Below, in pieces: positions 26,960 to 42,261 of a stretch of 64,000 nt of DNA. Source of the DNA: Octopus sinensis (lineage: Eukaryota); the NCBI RefSeq assembly GCF_006345805.1, contig NC_043004.1, forward strand, positions 78,864,001-78,928,000. Direction: 5' to 3'. How positions within the stretch are numbered: the first letter of the stretch is position 1; every line of letters starts with the position of its first letter. The notes beneath the pieces were generated by a model. That model saw nothing but the letters and a program-made list of their open reading frames with translations. It was not told the origin of the DNA and searched no databases. Position numbers and translations under genes: made by a program.

Positions 26960-28682
26960 TGAGAGAGAGAGAGAAATAATTAACGGCCCGATAAATAAAT
27001 ATTGTGGTAAATTACCAATCATTATCGGATCCGTGAATCAGGTGTTGTTTATGGTGAGGTGATCAATAATTATGAGAGGACCAAAAGGTTAGAATTTAGA
27101 CCACACAATCAGACGAAACATATGCAAAGGTAGGCGTATTTGGCAAAACTAATTTATTTTCTTGATTGCCTTTGAACAATTCAAACAGGTTTCGTTGTAA
27201 CTGACCAGCATTATTCCCATATTCTCATGTCAGTGTTTATAAAAAAAACTCACCTGGGTGTGTCTCTATATCGATTTCCGCCTACACATGTATATTTCGA
27301 GTGTCGATTTGAAAATCAAAATGCATGGATCAAACAGATTGAAGTGGGGTAAAAGAATAGATTTTGGAAGCATTGAAAAAATAGACGGTAGAAGCTAAAA
27401 GCAAATATATTAAAATAAATATAAATAAATATAAATATATATAAATAAATATAAATACAAATGCTGTCAAAAGTCAGTGGAGATGAATTATTCATTCTTT
27501 TCATCTCGACACCCAGCTGGTTCATACTTTGATGTGCCCCAACAGTTAAACAGTTTATAGGAAAGACTGTCATTATACGTTGACCGCTTTCACTCTATCA
27601 AATTAATAAGATACATATGCAATCTTTTGAGAAGTTGCGTACGATGCTATTTAGATATGTATGCATGTATGTGTGTATGTATATATGTGTGTGTGTGCAT
27701 GTATTTTTAGTATATATGTATATATATGCGTCTGATTGCGTGCAAGGTTACATAGTGCATTCAAAACGCACATATACATCCTCTTCTCTTGCTTATTCTC
27801 AATATATTATACACTCATACTTTTTCACGCTAATCTCTCCTTCCTCTCACTGTCTCTGTCTGTCTGTCTGTCAGTTTCTCTCTCTCTCTCTCGCTCTCTC
27901 TATTTACACACACATATATAAAAGACAAAACAGTGAAAAATCTACAGAAGGCTGGTGTTATAAGGTTAAAGAATATATTTAAATCGTTATGTTAGAAAAA
28001 TGTTATGAAAGTTTGCGTATAGTAACATTGTTTTTGGAGAAATAACCAGTTTCGTATTTACTTTTCAAATTTATCAAATATCTTTATCTATATTGTGTCA
28101 TCTCTACGCTATGTTGTGAAAAATGGAATTCCAGTCAGGGGAAGGTATCAGGGATTTTTTCGGCATAAGGGAGATAATTAAAAATGTTGTGAATGACTAC
28201 ATTTTATTAATTTAACATGATTTGGTTTAGAAAAGTAGAATGTTACAAGTGGTTAGATTTTGCTATATAATTTTATCAATGAGGTGAGTTTCCTTATTTA
28301 AAAACGTTAGAAATGGTTATGTTTTGGCTTATATTTTTCAATGAAATAGGTTTCTTTATTTAATCTAACTTGTGTTGGTGTTCCAATGGCACATTGATAA
28401 AACGGAAAGATTACAAATTGTGGTAGCAGTTGCTTTCCACAATTACTCCAGGTAATTTAGCGAGCGTTAAAATTCAAAACGGGTGAAGTGTATAGTAACA
28501 TACAATAATATATAATAATATATTGATATATTAAGATATATTAAATATATTATAATATAGATGGCTACAGCAATTGAAACCAAAAGATAAAATTAATATG
28601 CATACGTACATAATAACACATACATACACACACACACTCGTATACATACATGCATACACACACACACATATAAGGTTGGAGA

Positions 28683-28718
<36 letters not shown>

Positions 28719-28957
28719 ATGAATAGTTATGTAGAATTGTGTATGCCAGAAAGCCAGATGTAAATTTAAAAGAGTTAAGCTAGTTTCTAATCGCTTCGCT
28801 GTGAAACATTAAACAGATGTCAAAGCATCATGTTATTCTCTTTGTACACAGAAAAATAAAGGAGATTTCTCGGACGTTTCATGTGAATGTGATAATTTCT
28901 TATCGTTCAAATCTAATACCAGTCGCCTTTCTCTGAATATCCAAATAACAATTATCA

Positions 28958-29142
28958 TTTTGACACAAACCTATAAATTTTGAGGGGAAAGGGAGGACGA
29001 TTATTACGATCCTCAGTATTTTACTGGTACTTATTTTATAGACTCTGAAATGATGAAAAGCGAAGTTGGCATCGGTGGTATTTGAACTCAGAACCTTAAA
29101 GACGGACGACATGCCGCAAACGATTCTGCTCACTCACCGCCT
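28958..29142 (-). mobile_element. SINE family A, diverged
   Basis: GAAAAGCGAAGTTGGCATCGGTGGTATTTGAACTCAGAAC. Confidence 0.7.
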
Positions 29143-29162
29143 TTAATAATAATAATAATAAT

Positions 29163-29193
<31 letters not shown>

Positions 29194-29803
29194 GATGATG
29201 ATGATGAGAATAATAATAATGAAAGAAATCAACTTTATGAGCTAAAGAATAATATTAAAAACATGTTTGATTGTGTAGAACAAGCTATAATTTTGTATAC
29301 AGATGTACGTACGAGTCTCTGTCTGTTTCTATGTATACCTGTGTGTGTGGTTGTGTGTGTGTGTGTGTGAGAGAGAGAAAGTGCGTGTGTATATGCGGGT
29401 GTAACAAAGCGTGTAGATTAGTGTGTGTGTGATGTTCGGAACGCGCGCCTAGTTATGTCGACATATTTTATATGACTTGCATTACGACTGCGTGACAAAA
29501 TAGAGGAATGTAGTATGACCTGAAAGTTGACTTCGTGAACCATATTAAGCAGTTTAAGTGAAGAAAGTGAGTGTGATCATGACGATAGAAGATATCATCA
29601 TCATCATCATCATCATCATCTTCATCACCATCATCACCATCATCATCGTCGTCATATTCATCATCATCATCGCAGTAAAGTTAAAAAGACGGTTTATGTT
29701 TTATTCGGGGCAACATTTCTCGTTAAAAACACAGAACATTCTGCCGACATTTGCAAGGTAATACCTGTAATGTAGTAAACAAATACCACACGTATACACT
29801 CAC

Positions 29804-29806
<3 letters not shown>

Positions 29807-29869
<63 letters not shown>

Positions 29870-29892
29870 ATATCTACCACTCTATCTGTCTG

Positions 29893-29961
<69 letters not shown>

Positions 29962-29964
29962 TTA

Positions 29965-29999
<35 letters not shown>

Positions 30000-30145
30000 G
30001 TATGTCTGAGTGTCTGTCTATCTATCTGTCTGTCTGTCAACCTACCTGCCTACCAACCTACCTACCAACCTACTACCTACCTACCTACCTACCTACCTAC
30101 CTATCTATCTTTCTATCTCTCTCCGTCTATCTATTTATCTATCTA
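29807..30145. repeat. (TC)n/(TATC)n/(TGTC)n/(CTAC)n compound microsatellite
   Basis: Directly visible. Confidence 0.95.
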
Positions 30146-30159
30146 TTTTTGTATTTATG

Positions 30160-30437
30160 GTTTTTGTCCTTTGTCGCTTATCTGTTACTGTCATAGACTA
30201 CGGTCATACTGGAGCACTGCTTTGAAGGGTTTCTGTTAAATAAATCGACCCCAGTAAGCTTGTTATGAAAGTTCAGTACTTATTTTACCGATCACTTTTG
30301 TTACGGGGATGTAAACAAACTAACATCGGTTGCACAGCGATGATGGGGGAGGACAAACAGACGCATAAGCATATATATATGCTTATGCGTCTGTGTTTGT
30401 CCCCACCCATCATCGCTTGGTAACCGATGTATATATA

Positions 30438-30479
<42 letters not shown>

Positions 30480-30768
30480 GACGGGCTTCTTTCAGTTTCC
30501 ATTTACCAAATCCAAATCTACGCATAAGGCTTGAGCAAGACACTTTATTTCCCCTTGTCTCTGTCCACTCAGCTGGAAAAAATGAGTAGCAGCTGTATTT
30601 CAAAGAGCCAGCCTTGTCGCACTCTGCAACGCTGAATCCCCCTGAGAACTACGTTAAGGGTACACGTGTCTCAGGAGTGCTCAGCCATTTGTACGCTAAT
30701 TTCACGAGCAAGCTGTTCCGTTGACCGGACCAACTGGAACCCTTGCCGTCGTAACCGACGGAGTGCCA
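30160..30768. mobile_element. Cluster of SINE fragments (family B pieces in both orientations, family C/D 3' part)
   Basis: Similarity to other copies; 30323-30362 and 30388-30429 form a short inverted repeat of the family B middle. Confidence 0.7.
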
Positions 30769-31071
30769 AGGAGAAATATATATAACCATAAGCAAAATTT
30801 AGGTTAGGTAAAACATGTTTGTGACATATTTCAAAAACTCGAAACATCGATGCCTGGGATTCCTTATAGATGGTGACACTGAACAAACCTGGTGTCACAT
30901 CTTTTTTTCCCATAAGAGCGATATTTTTTCTACGGTAATTGCAGTGAAATTGCCTTTTAGCAGTTGAAATATGTCATAAATATATTTTAACTAACCTTGA
31001 TTTTGCTTATGCCTAAACACTGATTAGCGCTAACATTTTGATATACTACACACACACACACACACACACAT

Positions 31072-31206
<135 letters not shown>

Positions 31207-31544
31207 ATATATATATATATATAATATATATATATATTATATATATATATAATATTATATATATATATATATAATGTTATATATTATATTTATATAAAGA
31301 AAAGATTGTCGATTGGCAGAATTATTAAAATGAGAAAACTACCGTGCAGTATTTGTTGTATGTCTTTACGTTCTGAGTTCAAGTCCCATCGTTGTTAACG
31401 GTGTTTTTCATCCTCCTGGGATTGCTAAAATAAAATTAATGGGGCTTATCGAATTGTTCAATAATGTCTTTCTATCAAATTGACAGGCCTTATTTCTAAA
31501 TGACAATCTATTATACGATTATATACATATGTGCGTTATGTGGT

Positions 31545-31916
31545 TAGGTCCAGTGGTTAGAGCAGCGGACTCGCGGTCATAGGATCGCGGTTTCGATTCC
31601 CAGACCGGGCGTTTGTGAGTGTTTATTGAGCGAAAACACCTAAGGCTCCACGAGGCTCCGGCAGGGGATGGTGGTGATCCCTGCTGTACTCTTTCACCAC
31701 AACTTTCTCTCACGCTTTCTTCCTGTTTCTGTTGTACCTGTATTTCAAAGGGCCGGCCTTGTCACTCTCTGTGTCACGCTGAATATCCCCGAGAACTACG
31801 TTAAGGGTACACGTGTCTGTGGAGTGCTCAGCCACTTACACGTTAATTTCACGAGCAGGCTGTTCCGTTGATCGGATCAACCGGAACCCTCGTCGTCGGA
31901 ACCGACGGAGTGCTTC
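31545..31916 (+). mobile_element. SINE family C with alternative 3' tail
   Basis: Head as in 12330-12615; tail shared with 30595-30768 and 33230-33395. Confidence 0.88.
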
Positions 31917-31934
31917 CATCCATATAATATATAA

Positions 31935-32148
31935 GGTGGCGAACTGGTCGCATCGTTACCGCAGACACAAAATGCTTTGCGGCATTTCGTTCGTCTTTAC
32001 GTTCTGAGTTGAAATTCCGCTGCAGTCGACTTTGCCTTTTATCCTTTCTAGGTCGATAAAATAAGTACCAGTTGTGTACTGGGGTCGATCTAATCAACTA
32101 GACCCCTCCCCCAAATTGCTGGCCCTGTGTCCAAATTTGAAATCAATT
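31935..32148 (+). mobile_element. SINE family A
   Basis: Family similarity. Confidence 0.8.
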
Positions 32149-32300
32149 TATCTATTATATCCATATAAACTCACACACACACACATATATTACAAAGACT
32201 AAATTACAAATATTTCATCACACACTCACACATACACACACAAAACACACACACACACATATCGTATATATCTGTATGTATATATTTGCATACATATATC

Positions 32301-32353
<53 letters not shown>

Positions 32354-33229
32354 ATATATGTGTTTATATTTATATTTATATATATGTGTGTGTGTGTGTG
32401 TGTTTGTGTATAAATACACATGAACACAGACTCACATGAAACCTTTGATGTTAGAGACAACAAAGGCCGAAAAACTACCAACGTAATCTAAATATTTGGA
32501 AACTTTTACATGACTTGTCAACAAAAATTCGTTCAAAGGCCGTCTTATGTGTCACATAAGACGTAGTCACACAGGTATAGCCTTAGGGAATTCCACCTGA
32601 ACATCTTCTTGGTGAACCTAATTACGACTAGGAGGCGGCTGGTCTTTACTTAGTTTCTCAGTTTGATAAATCTAGCAACCAAATATCCCTCTTTTCGAGT
32701 TAGGGTTTATCATCTCAGAAAAAGGCAACGGATGATGTATTCCTGAGATAAGGTACCCCTTATTGCGGTAATGATGTCCTCACTGCTATAAAACTGCAGC
32801 CAAATCACCCACCCACTCACCAAATGTTGCCCTATCGTCTAAAAGAATAAACAAAAGAAATTTTGAGATGAATTCCTGAAAAAAAGACAGGAGGGTCATA
32901 GTTGGACTGTCTTTGATGTAAGATAACTTGCTTGATAGCATTGCGATATGTCGTCCTTGCTATGGAAATAGCAGTTTTATCTCCCTCCCTCCAAGTTTTC
33001 CTAAATTGTGTCAGAAGAGGAAACAGGACGATGTGTTAGTGGAAATAACATTGGAGGTCACAGATGGATTGTCTTTGACGTAAGCTACATGTCTGAATAC
33101 TATTGTTACCATGATATCCTCTCTAGTTATGATACTACATTCCACAATTTAAAATAGATTTGCTTGAGTAGAGCCGGCTATAGGAGCTGGGGTGAGTGCA
33201 GGTGGCTAAACAGCAATAGTGGCCCGGAT

Positions 33230-33512
33230 CTCCGTCGGTTACGACGGCGACGTGGATTCCAGTCGATCCGATCAACGAATCAGCCTGCTCGTGAAATTAA
33301 TGCGCAAGCGGCTGAGCACTCCAATGACACGTGTACCCTTAATGTAGTTCTCGGAGAGATTCAGCGTGACACAGAATGTGACAAGGCTGGCCCTTTGGAT
33401 TACTGGTACAACTCATTTCTGACCACTGAGTGAACTGGAGCGACGAGAAATAAAGCGTCTTGCTCAAGGACACAACACGCCGCTGGGAATCGAACTCACA
33501 ACCTTCCGATCA
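33230..33512 (-). mobile_element. tRNA-derived SINE (family D-like head, family C-like tail)
   Basis: GGGAATCGAACTC is the reverse complement of a B box; tail is the reverse complement of 31750-31910. Confidence 0.75.
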
Positions 33513-35483
33513 TGAGCTTCTCATTAACAACAACAATAGTACCAACCTCACCAACGACTATAACGATAACAATAACACCAATAGAAATTCAGGCCTTAAT
33601 ACAATACAGAAATATACAAACGCCATTAATAATTACCTCACCAACACATTTTACAATAAAATTTCACCTTAGAACGTTTATAAATCGTTTTGAATATCGA
33701 TGTCGATCAAATGTTCCGACATCTCAACTACGGGTACCCGATTGTTGTACCACATCTCTATCGATATGTAAACAGCTGCCATGCTCTGTTTATTTATTTA
33801 TTTATTATTCTCTCTTGTTGAGGATTTAGTTACTTTCTATATAAACCATTGAAGTTGTATATCAGAAAGTCAGCTGCTAAAAAACAAATAAAATAATTGA
33901 AGATTCTGTTGCTTTTTGAGGCTTTTAAAAGTCAATAAAATGGGAATTTATGTTTGTAGATAACTTTGAGGCTATCTCCGATCACAAATTTGTTTAGTTT
34001 CACAATATTTTGTATGTAATCGGAATAGCATCAATGAACGGAGTATGAGATGTTGTTACAATGAACGACCTCTATAAAATGTTGGTAAAAGTTAATATAT
34101 ACTTTAAGAGAGAAATATGTGGAGGGGGAGAGAGATTGTTGTCCTGTTTTTTTTTTTTCCTTTTCTGAAACACGTTTATTTTTCTGTTGTATATTTCTAT
34201 TGTGAATACAAACAGCGGCTGAGTGATGAAAATTGATACAAGGTCGGAAATATCGAATGAAAGGAATTTCAAAATGTCACCGTTTCAGTCACTCCGGGAC
34301 TCTTGTAATGATGGTGATGATGAGGATGAATGGGAGGAAGATGAGGTTGTTAAGGTTTAATAACTGCTCCTGAGTTACGCACAAGGCTGATGATCTCGAG
34401 GAGAGGGAATTAATCAATACCATCGACTCCATTGTTGACTGGTACTTTATTTTATCGACCCCAGAAATGTCAAAGTTGGCGTTGGCGGGATTTGAACTCA
34501 GGACATAAGAGATCGAACGCTACGTTGTATTCACGAGTAAGACATTTCATTTCAAGTTGCTCCAGTCACCCACTCAACTGTAAATGATTTCCAGCAATAT
34601 CAGTGAAGCTAACCCTGCGAAGAACTGGCGTCCCATCCACGGGTGGGAGAGTTGTAAATCTCAGATATTTTATATGCTATGGAAGCCGGGTTAAGCTCTT
34701 CCCTTCCTACGGCTTATGACAGTCCTAAGTCTGGGTTTAGTAAAAAACAAGATTGACAGAAAATTTTCCAAAGAAACATTATAAAATTTAATGTAACATA
34801 GAACAGAATAGAATGAAAAAATCGGAGTTCAAGAAAATAATAAAAGATGGCGATAATTTCTCACAATGTACAAATGAGGAATAGTTTCGAGTTGCAAGAT
34901 TCACTGGATCGGCTACCTGGGTTCCCTGAAGTGTAAGTGAAATCACATTACTCTAAAAAGGGACGCCACACCGTCGCAGGGTTATTCATTTGGAGCTGAG
35001 TGGACAGGGTTAATGTGAAATGAAGTGTTTTGCATAAGAACATAACTCACGGCCATGTACGTGAATCGAACCCAAAATCTTGCGATTGTGAGTACAACGC
35101 TCGACCCACTATGCGCAGACACCCTCATTTGCATAAAGTGAAATGGTGGAAAACTAATTTGCAGTTCTGTTTCTCAATAGTTGCTTGAGAGAGTCAAGAG
35201 GAATTAAAGTGTGGAGCAATTATGTGAGGAAGGAAATGAACGAATCCCACCGCTCCGGAGTGTTTAGAAGTTGTATTCTGTAAAAACCATCAATAAATAT
35301 TTATTGACATTCTTTTTAGAGAAGTCGCCATGACATTTTTTAGACAAGCCTACATCGAGACGAAAGGTTAATGAGATACTGCAATTAATGATGCGCTTTC
35401 AATTGTTGCTTTGTCGGTGTTGTTGATATTATTATTATTATTATTATTATTGTTCTTGTTATTGTTGTCGTCGTCGTCGTCGT

Positions 35484-35572
<89 letters not shown>

Positions 35573-35885
35573 ATAGAAGCTTGGCTGCTGTCTTTGAGAA
35601 CAAGGTTAGAAAAAAATTCTGACAGTGAGAGAACGAAAGTTACAGGGAAAGAGACGGGTTTCACTAAGGGCGGTTTAAAACAAAACGTTTAGGAAAATAT
35701 TTGCTTTTGAAATATCGAAACAAATCTGAAGCAGACGACATTAGGACAGTAGCTCAGAAACTGTCGTGTGTTAATCTCACGGGCAAATTTTCTTCTGGGG
35801 GATTTGGTGTTGTGTATGTGTGTGTAAGAGTAAAATTCAAAAACGAAGAAATCGCCAACACCTCGCGTGTAATTACATTGCTGAA

Positions 35886-35952
<67 letters not shown>

Positions 35953-36515
35953 ATATACACTAGTGTAATATCAAAAGTAAGTTGGGCTTTTACTGAACTA
36001 TCTCAAGACACAGTTAATTACTTATAAAAAGTATTTATATCGTATCGAAGTTCTAAATTGACCAACTTACAGTTAAGGTTCAATATTTAGAATATTCCAA
36101 ATGCAAATTAAATTTTACACGAAATATTTTAATTAGAATATCAGTTGTGAAATTTTTAAAGATTATTTTATACGCCTTAAAATCTTCATTGATATTTCTC
36201 ACAACTGTTCCCCTATAAGGGTTTATAACTAATTATAATACTAGATAAACATTATTTTAGATTTAAAAAAAAAAGATATAAATTGATGTTATTTTTCTTT
36301 CAAAATTCATCTATTTTTAGAGTTTTCAACTTTTCGCAGACATAGGCAGTATTTATAATTTTGAATAAAAGCACACCTACATACATAAAAATACATACAT
36401 ACACATACACGCGCATGCGCATGTACACATACACACATACATACAAATTATACATAAGCCTACATGTATGTATTATATATAGAGATAAAAAACTGATACA
36501 TATATATTAATGAAT

Positions 36516-36569
<54 letters not shown>

Positions 36570-36591
36570 CATACATACATATACATACATA

Positions 36592-36635
<44 letters not shown>

Positions 36636-36693
36636 ATAATATATATAATATATATATATATGCATACATAATATATTCATTACATACATGCGA

Positions 36694-37520
<827 letters not shown>

Positions 37521-37650
37521 AATATATATACAATATAACATACATATACACACACTTATTATAATACATATATATATATTTATATATATAATATAATATA
37601 TATAACATATATATATATATTTATATATATAATATATATATATATATATT

Positions 37651-37694
<44 letters not shown>

Positions 37695-37697
37695 ATG

Positions 37698-37776
<79 letters not shown>

Positions 37777-37876
37777 TGTATTTATATATCGGACAATAGA
37801 AAAGGAACAAAGAAAATGCACGCTAGGTATAAAAGTAATGTAATGGTTTTTTCCTTTGATAAAAACAAAGATATAT

Positions 37877-38198
37877 AAAATCGCACTCTCATCTCATAAC
37901 AACAATACGGCACAATTATTTCACCTCAATTGGTCCCGCTCTCTTTAACATTACACCAAAACACATTAAAACAGAAACTGACCCTATAGGGTTCAAGAAG
38001 TCTTTGGACAGATTCCTTCAAGAAATCCCGGATAAACCCCCTACACCCGGATATGTCTCTGTAAACAATAACTCTCTACTTGAGTGGGCCATAGTGCCCA
38101 AATTCTGACTTGAAAGACTTCACCAGGTGGTGCTATTAAGTTAGACATGGCCTGGGCCAATAATGGCCGAAACCTATCAAAGTACAAAGTATCAAAGT
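37877..38198 (+). mobile_element. CR1/L2-group LINE 3' end
   Basis: RHNYFTSIGPALFNITPKHIKTETDPIGFKKSLDRFLQEIPDKPPTPGYVSVNNNSLLEW, short 3' UTR and (ATCAAAGT)n tail. Confidence 0.8.
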
Positions 38199-38262
38199 AT
38201 ATACATACAAATAAATGATTTCAGGTGAAATTAAGAAGTATAGAAATTATTACTCAATATAG

Positions 38263-38301
38263 AAAGTCATACCGGTTTCGTCATCGCTGTTCACTGACTT
38301 T
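38263..38301 (-). ncRNA. Minimal type I hammerhead motif, G3-C8 variant (GUA site)
   Basis: AAAGTCA-GTGAACA-GCGATGAC-GAAA-CCGG-TA-TGACTTT: perfect 7-bp stem I, 1-bp stem II, palindromic stem III. Confidence 0.65.
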
Positions 38302-38571
38302 GAATCAATACCGATTTCCAAGTGATGATGAGCCTAATAGGTATCTTTCATTAATAAATATCAACCACAACTTAACGTGAACATACAATTTAATGCAGAA
38401 CCCTTACTAACCGTACTAATACCAATAATACCCCTACTCCTCATACAACCCATATACCATCCATATTCTACCTTGATTGCATTACTTTCAGAACTGCTTA
38501 CCTGCATTGCATGCCATCTTTTTACACAAGTACTACTAGATCCAACACCTTTTGGAGATCGGTGTTGATTC

Positions 38572-38610
38572 AAAGTCAGTGAATAGCGATGACGAAACCG
38601 GTATGACATT
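38572..38610 (+). ncRNA. Second, inverted copy of the minimal hammerhead (G3.U8)
   Basis: AAAGTCA-GTGAATA-GCGATGAC-GAAA-CCGG-TA-TGACATT in the right arm of the inverted repeat. Confidence 0.55.
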
Positions 38611-38936
38611 CTATATTCACTCATGATAATGATTTTTATACTTCTTAACTCCACCTAAGATTATTATTTGTATGTATATATACCTTTTTCTTTATAAAAG
38701 GAAGCCATTACTGTTATACCTAGTGTGCATTTTATTTGTTTCTTTTTACTTTTCCTCTATTTCTAACCACGTGTAGTCGTTTTTGTTTGAAACCTGTTTC
38801 TATATTATATATATATATATATATATTATATAATATATATATATATATATATATAACAAATGAAATACAGAAGATGGAATATACGAGATATATTATTAAT
38901 CACAACAATTGTTTCGACACATCTAGTATCGACTTA

Positions 38937-39033
<97 letters not shown>

Positions 39034-39193
39034 ATATCGTGAGGCAAACAGGAAAAATAGAACTAAAAGTATGAGTATATGTATATATTTATTGATATTT
39101 AGCAGAAGCAACAGAGTGACTCAAGGTCCAATAGTTCGCATGAAACTCTCTCTCTTTGAGTCACTCTGTTACTTCTGATATATATATACATAC

Positions 39194-39224
<31 letters not shown>

Positions 39225-39724
39225 TGCATGGATGTATGTGTGTGTATATACACATATGCATCTATGTATGTAAACGTGTCAGTGTGGGTGTGTGTGTCTA
39301 TTGAGCGTGTGATTATGAGTGAGTCCACCCATGTGTATGTGTGGTGAGAAAAGCAGACGGTGTGGGGAATAGAGACAGAAGCAGAAAGTTAATGCAAGTG
39401 ATAGAACGTGTACCTAAGCACTTGTGCACGGAGGGTGGTTATACATACAAACATATATGTCATATGCGTGTGTGTGTGTGTGCGTGTGTGTGTGTGTGTG
39501 AGAGAGAGAGAGATAGAGACAGAGAGACAGAGAGAGAAACTTCGAGTGACCCCTGTTATACGATAATATGCCACCAGAACATTAAAACGTATTATATCGT
39601 CAAGTGTACAAAAATCCCGGGCCGTATGTTTAACATATGTTTCTAACACAAGTGATGTAAGAATTAAATGAAATTTATAGAAAAAAAGCAAGCATTTTTA
39701 CTTCACTTCAATACATATACATAC

Positions 39725-39757
<33 letters not shown>

Positions 39758-40208
39758 TATATACATGCACATATATGTATATGTGCAGATATATGTGTTT
39801 TTACTTCAGCCGTTCCTTGTCCTCTGCCGACGTAAAATACATTTGTGTACCCAGCTGGTCGTCCCAGAACAGCTGAATCATCAAAATTTACGTTTCATTT
39901 TGTTTAGGATAAAATAAAGAAATGTTTTATAGTATTATTCAGAAATACATATTTGTTATTTTTGTTAAAAAAAAAATGAACTTTTTTTTCTCAGTTCTCC
40001 TTTCTTTTTTTTTTTATTGTTATATAAATTTAATGTTGTTTGATCTGTAAGTCAAAGATATTTTCGAAACGAAGGAAAATTTTAAGGTTTAAGAGAAAAA
40101 AAGAAATATATATATTTACAAGGAAAATAACACATATACATATGCAAGCATACATATATATACATACATTAATACGTATATTGTGCACGCATGCGTGTAC
40201 GTATCTAT

Positions 40209-40245
<37 letters not shown>

Positions 40246-40291
40246 ACTATCTATCTCTGGCTGTCTCTCTCTCTCTCTCTCTCGCTATATA

Positions 40292-40341
<50 letters not shown>

Positions 40342-40818
40342 TGTATATATATGTATATGCATATGTATATGCATACATACTACATGCATACCTGCCTCTA
40401 AACATATATACACATACAAAAGCACAAAATGTTTTTACGCTAAAAGTACAGAGCTGGTAGTTTGGTTAGTTTGCCTTAGAAGGAAACAAAACAAGGAAAT
40501 ATGTTGGGGCACAAACTTTAGCGGAAGTATCTGCAGAGACACATGTCTAATACAAGCATATCTAACGTTTTGTTATTGTTGCTGGGACTTAGATATCTGT
40601 TTGAAGTAAACGTCTAAGCATATAACAAAAGCTTTATAGGATATGATTGGTCCCACGTTAGATTAAAGGCCCATGTTCAACATAAGTTTCTATTTATTCC
40701 CACTTCAACGTGGATATTCAGTTAGAATGAGTTATGTTGCGGTAGATACCATGAGTGAAGCTCTCAAAATGGCTTTTAGGGTAAAATGTACTGATGCTTA
40801 TATCGCTAGCAGGGAAAT

Positions 40819-41006
40819 ACATTTCTGCCATCTCCAGCCCCGAAGTCACTAGATCACGTGATTTCGACCTATATATAGGTCGATATATATATATATTATA
40901 TATATATATAAACTATCTCTAGCGGTCGAGCGTCCATCACTGACAAGATTTAAGAAGGTCGAAATCACGTGATTAGTTGCTTCGGGGCTGGAGATGGCAG
41001 AAATGT
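40819..41006. repeat. Inverted repeat (~50-bp arms) with a degenerate hammerhead (40934-40980, +)
   Basis: ACATTTCTGCCATCTCCAGCCCCGAAG...TCACGTGATTTCGACCT and its reverse complement; CTGACAA-GATTT(AAGA)AGGTC-GAAA-TCACGTGA-TT. Confidence 0.8.
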
Positions 41007-41043
41007 ATATATATTTATATTTATTATATATATGTATGTATAT

Positions 41044-41090
<47 letters not shown>

Positions 41091-41238
41091 AATATAAGAG
41101 AGTGGTCACTATATGGCTCACTCTAGCACCAGTTAATCCAAAAGGTTCAACCACGAAAATACATGTTTCCCATGAAAGTCAGTACGATTGTTAGCTCACA
41201 AGGACAGGGCAAATAAAAAATAACAAAAATACAGATTA

Positions 41239-41322
41239 TTTTGGGACAATTGTTTCGCTATTAATGAATTAAATGTAATTTTACTTACAAAAAAAAATCC
41301 ATTTGTAGCTCGTCAGCCAAAA
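41239..41322 (-). ncRNA. Canonical type I hammerhead ribozyme (GUC site), copy 1
   Basis: TTTTGG-CTGACGA-GCTA(long loop)TAGC-GAAA-CAATTG-TC-CCAAAA; predicted cleavage between 41245 and 41244. Confidence 0.88.
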
Positions 41323-41774
41323 CTATCTGGATGAAATCCACTCAATCACAGCCAGATTTTACCATAACGATAAATACGCGTGTGGTTCAATTGATTACAT
41401 CCGACGTTATAATTCAAATGCCCCAACCAACAGCGCGCCCAAACTTTCACGGAAAACAAATACAGCATTTAGAATAAATGCAGCATAATTACAATTAATT
41501 AATAAGGGTGAGAGAATTAGATACTAATTTAATAGTATATCTATTCAACACCAAGTGGCCTAGTGCTCCGAGAAACCTGGATTATTATAATATTTTATAA
41601 CATATTATAATATTTTTACAAAATAAATATAAGAGAGTGGTCACTATATGGCTCACTCTAGCACCAGTTAATCCAAAAGGTTTCAACCACGAAAATACAT
41701 GTTTCCCATGAAAGTCAGTACGATTGTTAGCTCACACGGACAGGGCAAATAAAAAATAACAAAAATACAGATTA

Positions 41775-41854
41775 TTTTGGGACAATGTTTCGCTATTAAT
41801 GAATTAAATGTAATTTTACTTACAAAAAATCCATTTGTAGCTCGTCAGCCAAAA
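41775..41854 (-). ncRNA. Canonical type I hammerhead ribozyme, copy 2
   Basis: Same as copy 1 with one base missing in the stem III palindrome; predicted cleavage between 41781 and 41780. Confidence 0.8.
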
Positions 41855-42261
41855 CTATCTGGATGAAATCCACTCAATCACACGCCAGATTTTACCATAA
41901 CGATAAATACGCGTGTGGTTCAATTGATTACATCCGACGTTATAATTCAATGCCCCAACCAATGTATATATAATTTTGTCCCAAAATAATCTGTATTTTT
42001 GTTATTTTTATTTGCCCTGTCCGTGTGAGCTAACAATCGTACTGACTTTCATGGGAACATGTATTTTCGTGGTTGAAACCTTTTGGATAAACTGGTGCTA
42101 GAGTGAGCCATAGAGTGACCACTCTCTTATATTTATTTTGTAAAAATATTATAATATGTTATAAAAATATTATAATAATCCAGGTTTCTCGGAGCACTAG
42201 GCCACTTAGTGTTGAATAGATATACTATTAAATTAGTATCTAATTCTCTCACCCTTATTAA

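Noticed and set aside
41345-41366. ATCACAGCCAG resembling the 5' end of miR-2
   Set aside because: The match ends after ~11 nt, no precursor hairpin is seen, and the second repeat copy disrupts it
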